Positions 12,207 through 12,594 of a stretch of DNA of 12,594 nucleotides are shown piece by piece. The stretch's first letter is position 1, and every line of letters begins with the position of its first letter. The stretch is taken from NCBI GenBank assembly GCA_038736825.1, contig JAVYME010000033.1:1-12594 (forward strand), given 5' to 3'. This DNA is from Candidatus Iainarchaeum sp. GTDB lineage: Archaea; Iainarchaeota; Iainarchaeia; Iainarchaeales; DTGL01. A program made the position numbers and the translations under genes. The notes under the pieces were generated by a model. It was not told the DNA's origin and did not search any database. It saw only the letters and a list, made by a program, of their open reading frames with translations.

Positions 12207-12594
12207 TCACTTCCATAAAGGCTTTTTATGCTTTCTGCCTTGCTCTTCCCTCCATGCTTGATAGGAATAAATCACTGGCACAATTGAAAAAACCAACACT
12301 CCAGCAATCAATGCAATAAAAGCCATAGAGGATTGCACAAATGCTAAAATGAAAATAAAAACAGCCATCAAGGCAAAACAATAAGAGCCAATCTTGTGGG
12401 TTTTTTCCCAAACAAAGTCAGAGCTCATAGTCCAAGGCGTGCGAATTCCAACAAACCAGTTTCTCTTGGATTTTCGCAAAAGCAACGCTATGTAAAAGAA
12501 AAGAACAGATAGGGCTGGCAAAAGCATTAATTTTATCTCTATTTGCATTCCCAGCCCTGCCAGGATAGTGAGAGCGTGCAAATAAAGAAGAAAA
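12207..12594 (-). CDS. SdpI/YhfL-family membrane protein, probably 5'-truncated by the window edge
   Basis: Family signature RNWFVGIRTPWTMSSDFVWEKTHK followed by two TM helices. The reading frame stays open upstream of the track's TTG 12581 to the window end. TGA at 12209..12207. Confidence 0.65.
   Translation of the reverse strand, partial: FLLYLHALTILAGLGMQIEIKLMLLPALSVLFFYIALLLRKSKRNWFVGIRTPWTMSSDFVWEKTHKIGSYCFALMAVFIFILAFVQSSMAFIALIAGVLVFSIVPVIYSYQAWREEQGRKHKKPLWK

Noticed and set aside
1-12594. CRISPR arrays, transposases, integrases, terminal inverted repeats, rRNA and tRNA genes
   Set aside because: I looked for regularly spaced direct repeats, IS-like inverted ends and conserved RNA motifs on both strands. 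I found none beyond the short elements reported above.

Overview
This is a 12.6-kb, moderately AT-rich window coded almost entirely on the minus strand. It looks archaeal: KaiC-like ATPases, a COG1361-type surface protein, a membrane-anchored winged-helix regulator, TTTATAAA-type TATA boxes ~27 nt upstream of start points, and a candidate C/D box sRNA. All product calls come from motifs read by eye; no homology search was run.

Left to right:
1. A MacB-type ABC operon on the minus strand: ATPase, small lipoprotein, large CARDB/COG1361-like surface protein, and a permease truncated at the window edge.
2. A divergently transcribed two-TM winged-helix regulator. The shared promoter region holds six exact TGAAAC repeats.
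3. A 244-bp convergent gap with a C/D box sRNA-like element and Cys-rich micro-ORFs.
4. A long co-directional gene string: DUF1015, class V aminotransferase, short-form SerA, a SPASM radical SAM enzyme whose start codon sits inside an 11-bp hairpin, and a polytopic membrane gene interrupted by one in-frame TAG.
5. A tightly packed module: SdpI-like membrane protein, active KaiC-like ATPase, Walker-less KaiC paralog and a 7-TM protein.

No rRNA, tRNA, CRISPR array, transposase or integrase was seen. The best candidates for an undescribed system are the membrane-coupled KaiC module (9939-12594) and the orphan SPASM radical SAM locus (4137-6519).
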